The notes under the pieces: model-generated
What the model was told of the DNA's origin: nothing
Database searches by the model: none
The model's input: only the letters and a program-made list of their open reading frames with translations
Shown here: piece by piece, positions 47,878-57,472 of the stretch
Numbering within the stretch: the stretch's first letter is position 1
Layout: every line of letters begins with the position of its first letter
From: an uncultured virus (IMG/VR IMGVR_UViG_3300042905_004424)
Lineage: Duplodnaviria; Heunggongvirae; Uroviricota; Caudoviricetes
Length of the DNA: 64,000 nt
Strand: one strand, 5' to 3'
Virus record (IMG/VR): IMGVR_UViG_3300042905_004424
Translations under genes and position numbers: made by a program

Positions 47878-48237
47878 ATGAAAGAAATCGGTATAACCAT
47901 AAGTTTTTTAATTAGTGGGTTATTTGGAGCTATATTAATGGCATCTAAAAACACTCAAACGAGTATTAAATCTACTATATTGTCTATTTTTGGTGGTATG
48001 GCGGCAGCTAATTATCTTACTCCAATAATGACAGACTTACTTAACTTAAAAGAAGCTAAATTACAAAATGGTTTAGCCTTTATTGTTGGGTTTTTAGGAT
48101 TAAAATTAGTAGAGATATTAAGTAATAAATTTTTAAACCAAGTTGCACCTCAACCTGAAGAGAAAACACCTGTTAAAAAAAAACCAATTAAAAAAACACC
48201 AATTAAAAAGAAAGTTATTAAAAAACCAGTTGAATGA
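47878..48237 (+). CDS. holin-like three-TM protein with Lys-rich tail
   Basis: ISGLFGAIL, GGMAAANYLTP, LAFIVGFLGLK; PVKKKPIKK tail. Confidence 0.6.
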   Translation: MKEIGITISFLISGLFGAILMASKNTQTSIKSTILSIFGGMAAANYLTPIMTDLLNLKEAKLQNGLAFIVGFLGLKLVEILSNKFLNQVAPQPEEKTPVKKKPIKKTPIKKKVIKKPVE

Positions 48238-48845
48238 TTTTAGAAAAAATAAAAAGTAAAATTTGGCTCATATCAATACCAGTTGCTATAGCGGCCTTAT
48301 TATCAATGTCCGCAATAAAAGATATTGAAGACGCTCATGTAGAGCTAGATTTAGGTAAACGAACCGCATATTATTTAAGAACATCTACGGATAGTTTAAC
48401 CTATTTGGCAATAGCATATACGGCCACTGGTAAAGAAAAATTCATTAATGAGTTTAATTCCCATTTAGAAAGAAGAAAACAACTAAAATTTGATATTATA
48501 CCTGAAGGTATGGTATATTACAATGAAGGTTTAAGTTTGAGTAATGAATTAGCGTCAGTAATAGAGGCTCCGGCATTTAAAGCAATGAATGACACGGCAT
48601 TTTTTACTGATCAATATTTGTCGTATAAAACTAGAATTATTTCTAGTATAGAACATCTAAGAGATGTGACATATGAAAAATCAAATAACAAACTTCAACG
48701 AGCTATACTTGAATTAAACATTTATATATACTTTTTGGTTCTATTACTATTGGGATTTGTTATTTTAATCAGATTTGATAAGCCAATTGTTATTACTCCA
48801 GTAAAAAAGAAAAAAACAATTAAAAAACCCATAAAAAAGAAATGA
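48234..48845 (+). CDS. two-TM protein with helical extracytoplasmic domain
   Basis: TM, LRTSTDSLTYLA..YTATG...F...F, TM, Lys-rich tail; resembles sensor domains of chemoreceptors/kinases. Confidence 0.6.
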   Translation: MILEKIKSKIWLISIPVAIAALLSMSAIKDIEDAHVELDLGKRTAYYLRTSTDSLTYLAIAYTATGKEKFINEFNSHLERRKQLKFDIIPEGMVYYNEGLSLSNELASVIEAPAFKAMNDTAFFTDQYLSYKTRIISSIEHLRDVTYEKSNNKLQRAILELNIYIYFLVLLLLGFVILIRFDKPIVITPVKKKKTIKKPIKKK

Positions 48846-49858
48846 AAACAAAAAAACACGCACGTATGAAACAAAATCAAACAGCCGAAACACATTCAGA
48901 TGAAACCTCAGGTGGTGCATCATTTGATAATACAACTACTGCATCCGCAGGAATAGAAACAGGAGATGAAAATGCCTCAATTGGTATTGAAGCGTCCGCT
49001 AAAACTGGAACAGAGGCATCAGTAGATGGTGGATTAGATGGTAATAACGTTTATGTTGAAGCCAGTTATTCAGATACAACTGAAGTTCATGTAACAGTAG
49101 AAGGTCAGGCTAACGCAGAAGGATTCGGAGTTAATGGTACTGTAGACGCTTACGCTAAAACAGGAAATGAGGCAAGTTTAGAAGTAAGGGCAGGTGATGA
49201 AGGAGTGGTTGCAAATGGAAGTGTATCGGCAGGAAGTTCAGTTGGTGTCGATGGTGAAGGAACTTTAGATTTAAGAGAAGGTTCAGTAACTGCAGGTGCC
49301 GGTGTATCAGTTGGAGAACAAGTTGGTGTTGGTGGTGGTGGTGAAGCTACTTATGTAGATGGTGTCGCAACTGTCGGAGTTAGTGGTGAAGTGGCAGTTT
49401 TACTTGGTGTTGATGTTGATCTAAGCGTTAGTGTTGATACGAATCAAATCGCTGAAGACGCAAGACTGGCGGCTGAACAATCAGAACGTGCTGCGGCAGA
49501 AGCGAAAGAATTGGCTGAATCAACACAAAGAGAATCTGAACGACTTGCAAAAATAGCCCAAGAAGAAACTGAAAGAAAGGCGAGAGAAGCTCAAGAAGAA
49601 CTTGACAGACAATCCAAAGCTGCTAAAGAAGAAAGTGATAGATTGGCAAGAATCGCACAGGAAGAACTTGACAGACAAGCAAGAGCAGCACAAGAAGAAC
49701 TTGACAGACAATCGAGAGCGGCACAAGATGAACTTAATAGACAAGCGAGAGCGGCACAAGATGAACTTGATAGACAGGCAAGAGACGCTCAAGATGCGTT
49801 AAATAGAGCCGCAGAAGACGCTAAAAAATCAAAATGGAATCCAAAGAATTGGTTTTAA
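48842..49858 (+). CDS. Gly/Ala/Val beta-rich protein with 11-residue coiled-coil repeats
   Basis: (G/A)xV/A strands followed by AQ(E/D)ELDRQARA repeats; ends WNPKNWF. Confidence 0.75.
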   Translation: MKTKKHARMKQNQTAETHSDETSGGASFDNTTTASAGIETGDENASIGIEASAKTGTEASVDGGLDGNNVYVEASYSDTTEVHVTVEGQANAEGFGVNGTVDAYAKTGNEASLEVRAGDEGVVANGSVSAGSSVGVDGEGTLDLREGSVTAGAGVSVGEQVGVGGGGEATYVDGVATVGVSGEVAVLLGVDVDLSVSVDTNQIAEDARLAAEQSERAAAEAKELAESTQRESERLAKIAQEETERKAREAQEELDRQSKAAKEESDRLARIAQEELDRQARAAQEELDRQSRAAQDELNRQARAAQDELDRQARDAQDALNRAAEDAKKSKWNPKNWF

Positions 49859-49929
49859 TAATCAAAACCATAGTTGATTTAATAATTTAAATTATTTATA
49901 CTTTTTAGGTATTAATAAATTATAAATTA

Positions 49930-50310
49930 ATGTCAAATAAAAAACCTGATAGTTATGTTGAAAACGCATCTCTTCTAACTTATGGGAGTAACATTGGGGC
50001 ACCTGCAATACATGTTCCTAATATGGAAAGTTGGAAACAACCAAGAGTGATTCACGTTAACCAACAATTCCAAGATAAAGTTGAGGAATTAAAGAATGAA
50101 TATCAAAAACTAATTGACGAATACAAGTGGAATGACTTGGTTTATAAGGCAAAGTTTAGTTTTGAACCTGTGATTGGAAAAATATATCATCTTTACTATG
50201 GATTAAACAAAAAAATTTTTCTATCTTTAATAGGACCAAATGAATGGAATCGTGAACACATTGGGTCTTTTAAATATAATCACGACAATAAATGGATTAA
50301 AATAGATTAA
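49930..50310 (+). CDS. DUF2452-like protein
   Basis: LTYGSNIGAPAI, VYKAKFSFEPVIGKIYHLY, FLSLIGPNEW. Confidence 0.75.
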   Translation: MSNKKPDSYVENASLLTYGSNIGAPAIHVPNMESWKQPRVIHVNQQFQDKVEELKNEYQKLIDEYKWNDLVYKAKFSFEPVIGKIYHLYYGLNKKIFLSLIGPNEWNREHIGSFKYNHDNKWIKID

Positions 50311-50510
50311 AATGTTTTACAAATTAAAATACAAATTATTAAAATATATTTTATTAAAATTAAAAAAATGAAAGAAAACAGAATAAATTTTATTGGTAAC
50401 TTTTTTCCTGGTTTAGGATTAGGATTGGTTATTTCATACGAAAATGGTTATTTGTATATTATGGGGGTAATACCATTTTACCAATTTTATTTAGATATAA
50501 AAATAATAAA

Positions 50511-50834
50511 ATGACAGACCAAGAAATTACAAAATACGGAGAAATTCAATACCTCAAAGGTAGGATAGATGAATTACATAAAGCATTACCAACGATCACA
50601 AATTTAGAACGAAAAAGAAAATTAGACCAAAGGGTTGAAAAATACTTTTTAAAACTAAAAAAAGTTGATGAGGTTTCATATCATTTATATAATGTCGAGT
50701 TATTGAATAGATACAAATCAAAAGAAAAATCTAAATTAGAAATTAAAGACTTGTTAGAACAAATACTAATTAACGAAACAATTCTAAATGAGGATATAAA
50801 ACAAAGAATACAACAACAAATTAACAATTATTGA
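50511..50834 (+). CDS. hypothetical protein
   Basis: 107-aa ORF. Confidence 0.65.
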   Translation: MTDQEITKYGEIQYLKGRIDELHKALPTITNLERKRKLDQRVEKYFLKLKKVDEVSYHLYNVELLNRYKSKEKSKLEIKDLLEQILINETILNEDIKQRIQQQINNY

Positions 50835-50879
50835 GTTAATGTTAGTTATGGTATATTTATAATAATAAAACTATAAATT

Positions 50880-51404
50880 ATGGGCAATTTTAATCTTACC
50901 GAAAAATTAAAAGAAGAATTAAAAAAAAGAAATCTTTGGGAACAAGATGATGATGAGGACGATAATGATGATGAGGACGATAATGAAGAGGATGACGACA
51001 ACGAAGAAGAAGAAGAAGATACTGAATCTTCCAATCATAACGAAGATTTCTGTGATATGGCTTGTCAAATATTACACTCTCAAAAACAAGCTCACATTTT
51101 TCATTTAGGAACAAAGTCATTTGCAGAACACATGGCCCTTAATGGTTATTATAGTGAAATAGACGAACTTATTGACGGTATTATTGAATCTTATCAAGGT
51201 AAATACGGTCTTTTAACTAATTACAAATCATTTAAGAATCAATCTTATAAAAACAAAAACCAAGTATTAAAATACTTTACAAGTTTATTGAATATGATTG
51301 AAGAAAAAAGAGATTGTTGTGATGATAGTTATATTCAAAATCAAATTGATACTGTTCAGGAGTTGATTTATTCAACTATGTATAAGTTGAAATTCTTACA
51401 ATGA
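50880..51404 (+). CDS. ferritin/Dps-like four-helix protein (DUF5856-like) with acidic N-terminal extension
   Basis: QAHIFHL.TKSFAEHMALNGYY...D.IIESYQGKYG...QNQID......YKL; TATTTAT at 50854. Confidence 0.75.
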   Translation: MGNFNLTEKLKEELKKRNLWEQDDDEDDNDDEDDNEEDDDNEEEEEDTESSNHNEDFCDMACQILHSQKQAHIFHLGTKSFAEHMALNGYYSEIDELIDGIIESYQGKYGLLTNYKSFKNQSYKNKNQVLKYFTSLLNMIEEKRDCCDDSYIQNQIDTVQELIYSTMYKLKFLQ

Positions 51405-52226
51405 TAATTCATGATCGTAGATGACAAAACCATTTTTAAACTTGTCCAATTCTACATCTATTCCCCAGTCATAAAATATATCTTCTATAGTATTAGTTGC
51501 AACATAATCTGATTCTATAAAAAAGGGTTGTTTTAAAACAACTGATTCATATTTGGACAATTCAAAAGGAGAATTAGAAATTAGTTTATCAAATTTGTTT
51601 GTGGTATATATGTTATGTTTATTTTCCTCATACTCCATAACATCAGTTTCAATTTCTCCATTACCATTGCAGTAAACACAATCGTAATATCCGTCGCCAT
51701 CACACTGATTACACATTTCATTACCACTACCATTACATTCAGAACAATCTTCAGTACCATCGCCATCACAACTATCACAAGCGTTTCCTTCCTCGTCTTC
51801 AGATGAACCACCACAATCGCCACAATCTTCATTACCATTTCCACCACATGTTCGACAACTTATACTACCATCTCCATCACAACTATCACATTCTTCCCTT
51901 CCACTACCATTACAATCAGGACACTCCTCATTAACATATCCGCCTTGGTCACATACATAAAATTCATAACCTTTTAGATTTTTTAAAACATATTCTAAAG
52001 ATTTAACAGCATCATTTGTTCTGTGATAATAAAATATTGAAAAAAACAAATACAACTTTTCAGAATCATTTAATTTAGAAAAATATGGTCTTAAAAAATC
52101 GTCAGTATTTATTCCCGTTTTAATTTGATTAACAGTTTCAAATGTGTCAGAGTTGTTATAGTCTTTTAACGCCTTGTGAAGTTGCTTAGTAAATTTTAAA
52201 AGTAAAAGAATTTTATTTGGATCCAT
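51396..52226 (-). CDS. protein with tandem DnaJ-type CxxCxGxG zinc-finger repeats
   Basis: Eight CxxC(x)GxG-type units, no J domain; likely start MDPNK after minus-strand TATTTAT at 52246-52252. Confidence 0.75.
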   Translation of the reverse strand: MDPNKILLLLKFTKQLHKALKDYNNSDTFETVNQIKTGINTDDFLRPYFSKLNDSEKLYLFFSIFYYHRTNDAVKSLEYVLKNLKGYEFYVCDQGGYVNEECPDCNGSGREECDSCDGDGSISCRTCGGNGNEDCGDCGGSSEDEEGNACDSCDGDGTEDCSECNGSGNEMCNQCDGDGYYDCVYCNGNGEIETDVMEYEENKHNIYTTNKFDKLISNSPFELSKYESVVLKQPFFIESDYVATNTIEDIFYDWGIDVELDKFKNGFVIYDHELSL

Positions 52227-52301
52227 TATTAATTTCTTTTTTAAAATAAATAGTTTATTTTTAGTAATAATACAATAAAAAATTATCAATTAAACAATAG
52301 T

Positions 52302-52655
52302 ATGGCGCATCCAATTTTACATGCAAAAAGTTCTGCCAAAAAATTTGGTGGAAAGTGGGAAGATTATATCCATATTCATAACTGGTTAGACGAAACCAAA
52401 GGATGGTATGGACATTCATTACATAGAGCGTTCAGACACCATTCGGAAGGGATATTTGAAATGGAACAAAGGTTTGGATCTGAATTCAAAAATAGTGAAG
52501 GTAAAACCGTTTATACAAGATATGCCGGTGAACAACATGTTAAAGAAGATTGTGATGGAATCATACCATCAGCGTCAGATTGGATGAAGATATTAATATC
52601 TGGTGAAAGACCAACATGGGTAACTAGAACAAAAAAGTTAGAGTTTGAAGATTAA
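52302..52655 (+). CDS. DUF6915-like protein
   Basis: HP..HAKSSAKKFGG..EDY..IH.W.D.TK, HRAFRHHSEG, GEQHVKED. Confidence 0.75.
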   Translation: MAHPILHAKSSAKKFGGKWEDYIHIHNWLDETKGWYGHSLHRAFRHHSEGIFEMEQRFGSEFKNSEGKTVYTRYAGEQHVKEDCDGIIPSASDWMKILISGERPTWVTRTKKLEFED

Positions 52656-52680
52656 AAGTATTTATTAAATAAAAGTTTAC

Positions 52681-53448
52681 ATGGAACTAACAGAAAAACA
52701 AAAAAAGGATCTTAATAGTTTTTCACTAATCTTGAATTCATTAAACATGGAAGATGGTGTTGAATGGTATTATAGGTATTATGGTGAGTGGGAAGATGAT
52801 GAACCTAATGGTCCATCTTATAATAATAGAGATGTAAGTTCTGAGTTAAATTTTTTACCTGGATCAATAGGTGAATTATTTGAAGAAATAAAAGAAAATT
52901 TTGACACGGGTAACTTCTACAATGAATACTATGATAATGAAAACGGAACTTTGTTTTTTATACTTAACGCTGAAAAAAAAGAAATTATAATCAACTATGA
53001 TTATTATGACATGATTACTGAAGAGAGTAACATAGAAAAAAACTTTTCGGATTTTTCAAATGTAACGGCTAGTTGGAGAGGTGAGGAAAGAACAGTAAAA
53101 ACTTTAACAAACCAAAATGTTGTTAATGAATTAATTAAACAATATGGTAGTTTTTGTAAATTAAGATATGATGGGGGTGGTGATAGTGGTTGGATTGAAA
53201 ATGAAATTGAAACTGAAAATGGAATTACAGAAATTAAAAAAGAAACAGATGCTGATGTTGATGGGATTGATACAAATTTAGAAACCATATCATACGATTT
53301 ACTTGAACTTTATTATGGTGGTTGGGAAATAAATGAAGGATCTAGCGGCTCAATTAATTATAATTTCCAAGAACAAAAAGTGACGATGACACATTACCAA
53401 AATGTTGAATCAACGGAATTAGAACATTACATGACCTTAAAATTTTAA
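52681..53448 (+). CDS. DUF6878-like protein
   Basis: YDGGGDSGWIE...LL...YGGWEINEGSSG; TATTTAT at 52659. Confidence 0.65.
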   Translation: MELTEKQKKDLNSFSLILNSLNMEDGVEWYYRYYGEWEDDEPNGPSYNNRDVSSELNFLPGSIGELFEEIKENFDTGNFYNEYYDNENGTLFFILNAEKKEIIINYDYYDMITEESNIEKNFSDFSNVTASWRGEERTVKTLTNQNVVNELIKQYGSFCKLRYDGGGDSGWIENEIETENGITEIKKETDADVDGIDTNLETISYDLLELYYGGWEINEGSSGSINYNFQEQKVTMTHYQNVESTELEHYMTLKF

Positions 53449-53450
53449 TA

Positions 53451-54305
53451 ATGGATAAATTAATAAGAGAAAATATAGAAAGAATTAAAAGTTTAATGAT
53501 TGAGTCTGATGATAAATCTGAATATAACTTTTGTGAAAGATTTGCAGGAAACAAACAAAAAATGTTACTTTGTAAAAAAATTGGAACATTAAAAAGTAAT
53601 CTTCATAAAGACGAAGGTATTGGATTAAAAAAGATAATAAATAGAAAAATTTATGAATTAGGAACCGAAATCCCAAAGGACTTACAAACTAAATTTATTG
53701 AAGGATCCGAATTATTACAATCATTAGGTAAAATATCAGAAACAGAAAAAAACAATTTTATTGATAAAAGAGTTAGAGGTGGTAGATTGATTTATTTAAA
53801 TGGTGATTGGCAACCAATTAACAAGTTGAACACGAACTATTATGATTTAGCAGAACTACTTACAGATCTTATTTATAGAGGTGGTGATAGATCAAAAGAC
53901 ATAATTCGAGAAATTATAAATGACCCAAACAATGCTTTGACAAAAATTAAACCATACTTGGAAAAATTATTAGCAAAATACTTTAAAGATGTGGAAGAAC
54001 TGTTAAACTATACCAAGAATATACAAAGAACTTCCGCCATTGGAGAAAGTGCCGAACAAAGAGTTAAAGAACATTTACAAAACAAAGGATTCAAAGTGGA
54101 ATATGAAGGTGGTAATGGAGATTTAATTGATATGGTCTTTGGAACAGATTTAATTATGTCACATCCTGATTATGGAACCAAAACAATTCAAATCAAAGCT
54201 AGTGAAAAAGCATATGACCAAGATTACAAATATGTTGATTGGATAATAATTGCAACACCTTTCACTATTTATGATAATAAAACTAAAGAAAAAATTCAGT
54301 TGTGA
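53451..54305 (+). CDS. leader-bearing protein with C-terminal PD-(D/E)xK nuclease-like domain
   Basis: LIRENIERIKSLMIES leader; GESAE...DMVFGTDLIM...TIQIK. Confidence 0.65.
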   Translation: MDKLIRENIERIKSLMIESDDKSEYNFCERFAGNKQKMLLCKKIGTLKSNLHKDEGIGLKKIINRKIYELGTEIPKDLQTKFIEGSELLQSLGKISETEKNNFIDKRVRGGRLIYLNGDWQPINKLNTNYYDLAELLTDLIYRGGDRSKDIIREIINDPNNALTKIKPYLEKLLAKYFKDVEELLNYTKNIQRTSAIGESAEQRVKEHLQNKGFKVEYEGGNGDLIDMVFGTDLIMSHPDYGTKTIQIKASEKAYDQDYKYVDWIIIATPFTIYDNKTKEKIQL

Positions 54306-54619
54306 ATCAAGAGATACCTAATAGATTATTAAGAAGAGGAGTAGATCTTGAAAAGATTGGAGATATAATTGATTATCAAACCGAGATACAAGACCCTTGT
54401 GATCTTGATGATGAAGAAGATTATGCCGATTTTTGTATGGGACAAGCACTTCGTTTTTATTACTGTGATGAAGGTTATTGTGATGAAGATGATGAAGATT
54501 ATGTAAAACCATCACCAGCAATGGTAGAAGTTAGAGATGAGGTTGAAGAATATATACAAAAAAAATATTACGACTATTTGGTTGAAATATATAATGACAT
54601 AAGTGATGATTGCGAATAA
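54302..54619 (+). CDS. acidic Cys-containing hypothetical protein
   Basis: 105-aa ORF with GTGA overlap. Confidence 0.65.
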   Translation: MNQEIPNRLLRRGVDLEKIGDIIDYQTEIQDPCDLDDEEDYADFCMGQALRFYYCDEGYCDEDDEDYVKPSPAMVEVRDEVEEYIQKKYYDYLVEIYNDISDDCE

Positions 54620-54927
54620 TGAAAATATTATTAACAGAAAAACAGGCAGATAGAATATTCAACGACAAAATTGAATGTAAGAAGTGTGAACACTCTTGGA
54701 AAAAAGAAGATGATGATTCACATCCTTATCTTTGTCATGATTGTGGTTGGGATCAAAAAAAAGATGATTACGATAAAGAAAACCTATTCAAGTTTTGGAA
54801 AAAGAAATTGTCCAAAGAACCAATTGACGAAAAATGGTCAAAAGAATATAAAAAGTCAATAAATTGTAATAACCCAAAAGGATTTAGTCAGAAGGCGCAT
54901 TGTCAGGGTAGAAATAAAAAAGATTAA
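54619..54927 (+). CDS. MKILLTEKQ leader protein with zinc ribbon and basic Cys/His tail
   Basis: CKKCEHSW...CHDCG; EKWSKEYKKSINCNNPKGFSQKAHCQGR. Confidence 0.7.
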   Translation: MKILLTEKQADRIFNDKIECKKCEHSWKKEDDDSHPYLCHDCGWDQKKDDYDKENLFKFWKKKLSKEPIDEKWSKEYKKSINCNNPKGFSQKAHCQGRNKKD

Positions 54928-55478
54928 TGTCTGATAAAGTAAAAAACTTCTTCAGTTATTACATAATTTTTAGTTTGATTTAATAATTTCTCAATAAAAT
55001 AAAAATCTTCACCATTTATATTTTTATCAAACAAAAGATTTTTAAATTTGTTTTTATAACAAAAAGAAATCCCAACATTGTTAATAACAAGTTCATTTTT
55101 TCCCCATCTTGGAATTACTAAACCATAAGGGTTTTTCATTCTCCAAACAACAAAATCATGTTTAGAATATTTTTTAAATAGAGTCTCAACGTAATCAGGA
55201 TGAACCGTATCATCATCATCCAAAAAACCAATCCACTCTGTGTCACATTTTTTTATACCAACATTTCTAACTAATCCAGACTCACCCATTGGTTTGCTAT
55301 TATTTCCTGTTTTAGTTATTTTGTGTGTTGTAATTCTTGGGTCATCAAAATTTGGACCATCAACACCATCATAAATTATTAGACACTTCCAAGATTTATT
55401 TGTTTGATTTAACAAAGAATCTACAGTTTTATTTAAAGTTGGGCGAGATAAAGAAGGTATTACAAATGTTATTGACAT
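54924..55478 (-). CDS. glycosyltransferase family 2
   Basis: ITFVIPS, IIYDG, RNVGI, FLDDDD, GED. Confidence 0.88.
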   Translation of the reverse strand: MSITFVIPSLSRPTLNKTVDSLLNQTNKSWKCLIIYDGVDGPNFDDPRITTHKITKTGNNSKPMGESGLVRNVGIKKCDTEWIGFLDDDDTVHPDYVETLFKKYSKHDFVVWRMKNPYGLVIPRWGKNELVINNVGISFCYKNKFKNLLFDKNINGEDFYFIEKLLNQTKNYVITEEVFYFIRH

Positions 55479-55518
55479 TAATTTAAAAGTAATTATTTTT
55501 TATTGAATAATTATATGT

Positions 55519-56160
55519 ATGGAAAAAAAATTATCAATAGTGATACCTTATAGAAATAGAGAAGAACATTTAAAAATATTTTTAAAAATTATAAAAAGAA
55601 AAATAAATGTGTCTAACTATGACATATTGATTGTTGAACAGGATAACAAAAAACCATTCAATAGGGCAAAACTTTTAAATATTGGATTTGATTTGAAAAA
55701 AGATGAGTCTGATTATTTTTGTTTTCACGATGCGGACATGATGCCAGAAGAAGCCGATTATTCATATGTTGAACAACCAACACACGGATTTCACGCAATA
55801 AAACATTTGGGATATAGACTTTCTGCAAATAGTAATTACGGAGGGGTAAACTACTTTAACAAGGAAGATTTTATTAAAATAAATGGATATAGTAATGAGT
55901 TTTGGGGTTGGGGAGGTGAAGACAACGATCTTCTATTTAGAGTCAAATCAAAAGGATTTCCACTTCATAGAAGATTGGGTAAGTATGATAATTTACTACA
56001 CGAAAGAGCTCCAAAACACACACCAGAATATAAAAAAAATGTGGAGAGAATTACAACACCATATGATTATGATTTGGAAGGATTAAACACATTAGAATAT
56101 ACTCTAAATGAAACCATTGAGTTAGAAGATAAAGTTAAAAAAGTAAAAGTTGATTTATGA
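55519..56160 (+). CDS. GT7-like galactosyltransferase
   Basis: IVIPYRNREEHL, FNRAKLLNIG, FHDAD, INGYSNEFWGWGGEDND. Confidence 0.92.
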   Translation: MEKKLSIVIPYRNREEHLKIFLKIIKRKINVSNYDILIVEQDNKKPFNRAKLLNIGFDLKKDESDYFCFHDADMMPEEADYSYVEQPTHGFHAIKHLGYRLSANSNYGGVNYFNKEDFIKINGYSNEFWGWGGEDNDLLFRVKSKGFPLHRRLGKYDNLLHERAPKHTPEYKKNVERITTPYDYDLEGLNTLEYTLNETIELEDKVKKVKVDL

Positions 56161-56768
56161 GTATTGCCGTAACATTTTACAATAACAAAATAGATGATCA
56201 AATAGTTCAGTATCAAAAAAAAGTATTTGATCATTTTGGATTAAAGATAAATCAAATTAACTCACCTACTTGGCCAGGTCACGGACATTTAGTTGATCAA
56301 CATATTAAAAGTTTGGGGAACAATTGGGACATTTTTGTTTTGTTTGATATCGATTCAATACCATTAGATAACAAAATAATTGATGAAGGAATTGAGTGGG
56401 CAAAAAACAATTTAGGGTTATTCTCTGTTGCACAAAGACATTACAAAAAAAGTGAAGTTGTTTATGCAAGTCCGGCTTTTTTAATTTTTAGTAAAAAAAC
56501 ATATGACACAATAGGTAGGCCTTCTTTTATTGAAACAGATAGATCTGATGTTGCTGGCGAATTAACACACACATGTTTAGAAAAGAAATTACCTGTTAAT
56601 ATAATCTATCCTTCACACGTTGAACAAAAACAATGGTTATTAGTTGGTAATGAAAGATTTGGTAGAGGAACTACTTATGGTAATAGAGTGTATCACGCAT
56701 TTGAATCAAGAATGGGTAACGTAAGTTTATTTGTGAATAAATGTAAAGAAATATTAGGAGAAAAATAA
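56157..56768 (+). CDS. putative GT-A fold glycosyltransferase
   Basis: FDIDSIPL DxD motif, position within GT cluster. Confidence 0.6.
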   Translation: MSIAVTFYNNKIDDQIVQYQKKVFDHFGLKINQINSPTWPGHGHLVDQHIKSLGNNWDIFVLFDIDSIPLDNKIIDEGIEWAKNNLGLFSVAQRHYKKSEVVYASPAFLIFSKKTYDTIGRPSFIETDRSDVAGELTHTCLEKKLPVNIIYPSHVEQKQWLLVGNERFGRGTTYGNRVYHAFESRMGNVSLFVNKCKEILGEK

Positions 56769-57472
56769 TGACTAAAGAAACTTATGACTTTTGTATTATA
56801 ATCACAACTTATAATAGAACTGAGATGTTAAATAAACTTCTGAATCAAATTGAAAGTGAGAAAAAAAATCATAGAATTTTTGTTGCAATTTTTGATGATG
56901 GGGGTAATCAAAATATTGATATCAATAAAAGTTACCATAAAAAAATATCGTTATACCCAAACAACGGTAAACAAAAATATTACAACATAATCAATTCAAC
57001 ACTCAGTGTTTTAAAAAACATTTCAAGTGAGTATTTTATATACCTACCTGATGATATTTCATTGGTTGAAAATTTCTTTGATGAAACAAAACGTATTTAT
57101 GAATCTATTAATTTTTCAGATAAAATATGTTTATCTATTTTAACAGACGGTAGAGTAAATAAAACTAATTGGACAGACTTTAAAACTATTGATTATGGTG
57201 AATACTATAAAACACAGTGGAATGATTTATGTTTTATTGCAAAAAGAAATTTTTTCGAAACATTAGAATTTAAAATCATACCAATTAGCCCAAACAGATG
57301 GAAAGGAAATCCGAATTTAAGTTCTGGGGTTGGACAACAAATAAGTAATAGACTAAACAAATTAGGTTTAGGAATGTATCACACTAAAAAATCTTTGGTT
57401 ATTCACGGAGATCACGAATCTAAAATGAATTACCACGAAAGAAAAGTAACATCTTTAAAAACAAATGAGTGA
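56768..57472 (+). CDS. glycosyltransferase family 2-like
   Basis: IIITTYNR, IFDDG, YLPDD. Confidence 0.8.
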   Translation: MTKETYDFCIIITTYNRTEMLNKLLNQIESEKKNHRIFVAIFDDGGNQNIDINKSYHKKISLYPNNGKQKYYNIINSTLSVLKNISSEYFIYLPDDISLVENFFDETKRIYESINFSDKICLSILTDGRVNKTNWTDFKTIDYGEYYKTQWNDLCFIAKRNFFETLEFKIIPISPNRWKGNPNLSSGVGQQISNRLNKLGLGMYHTKKSLVIHGDHESKMNYHERKVTSLKTNE

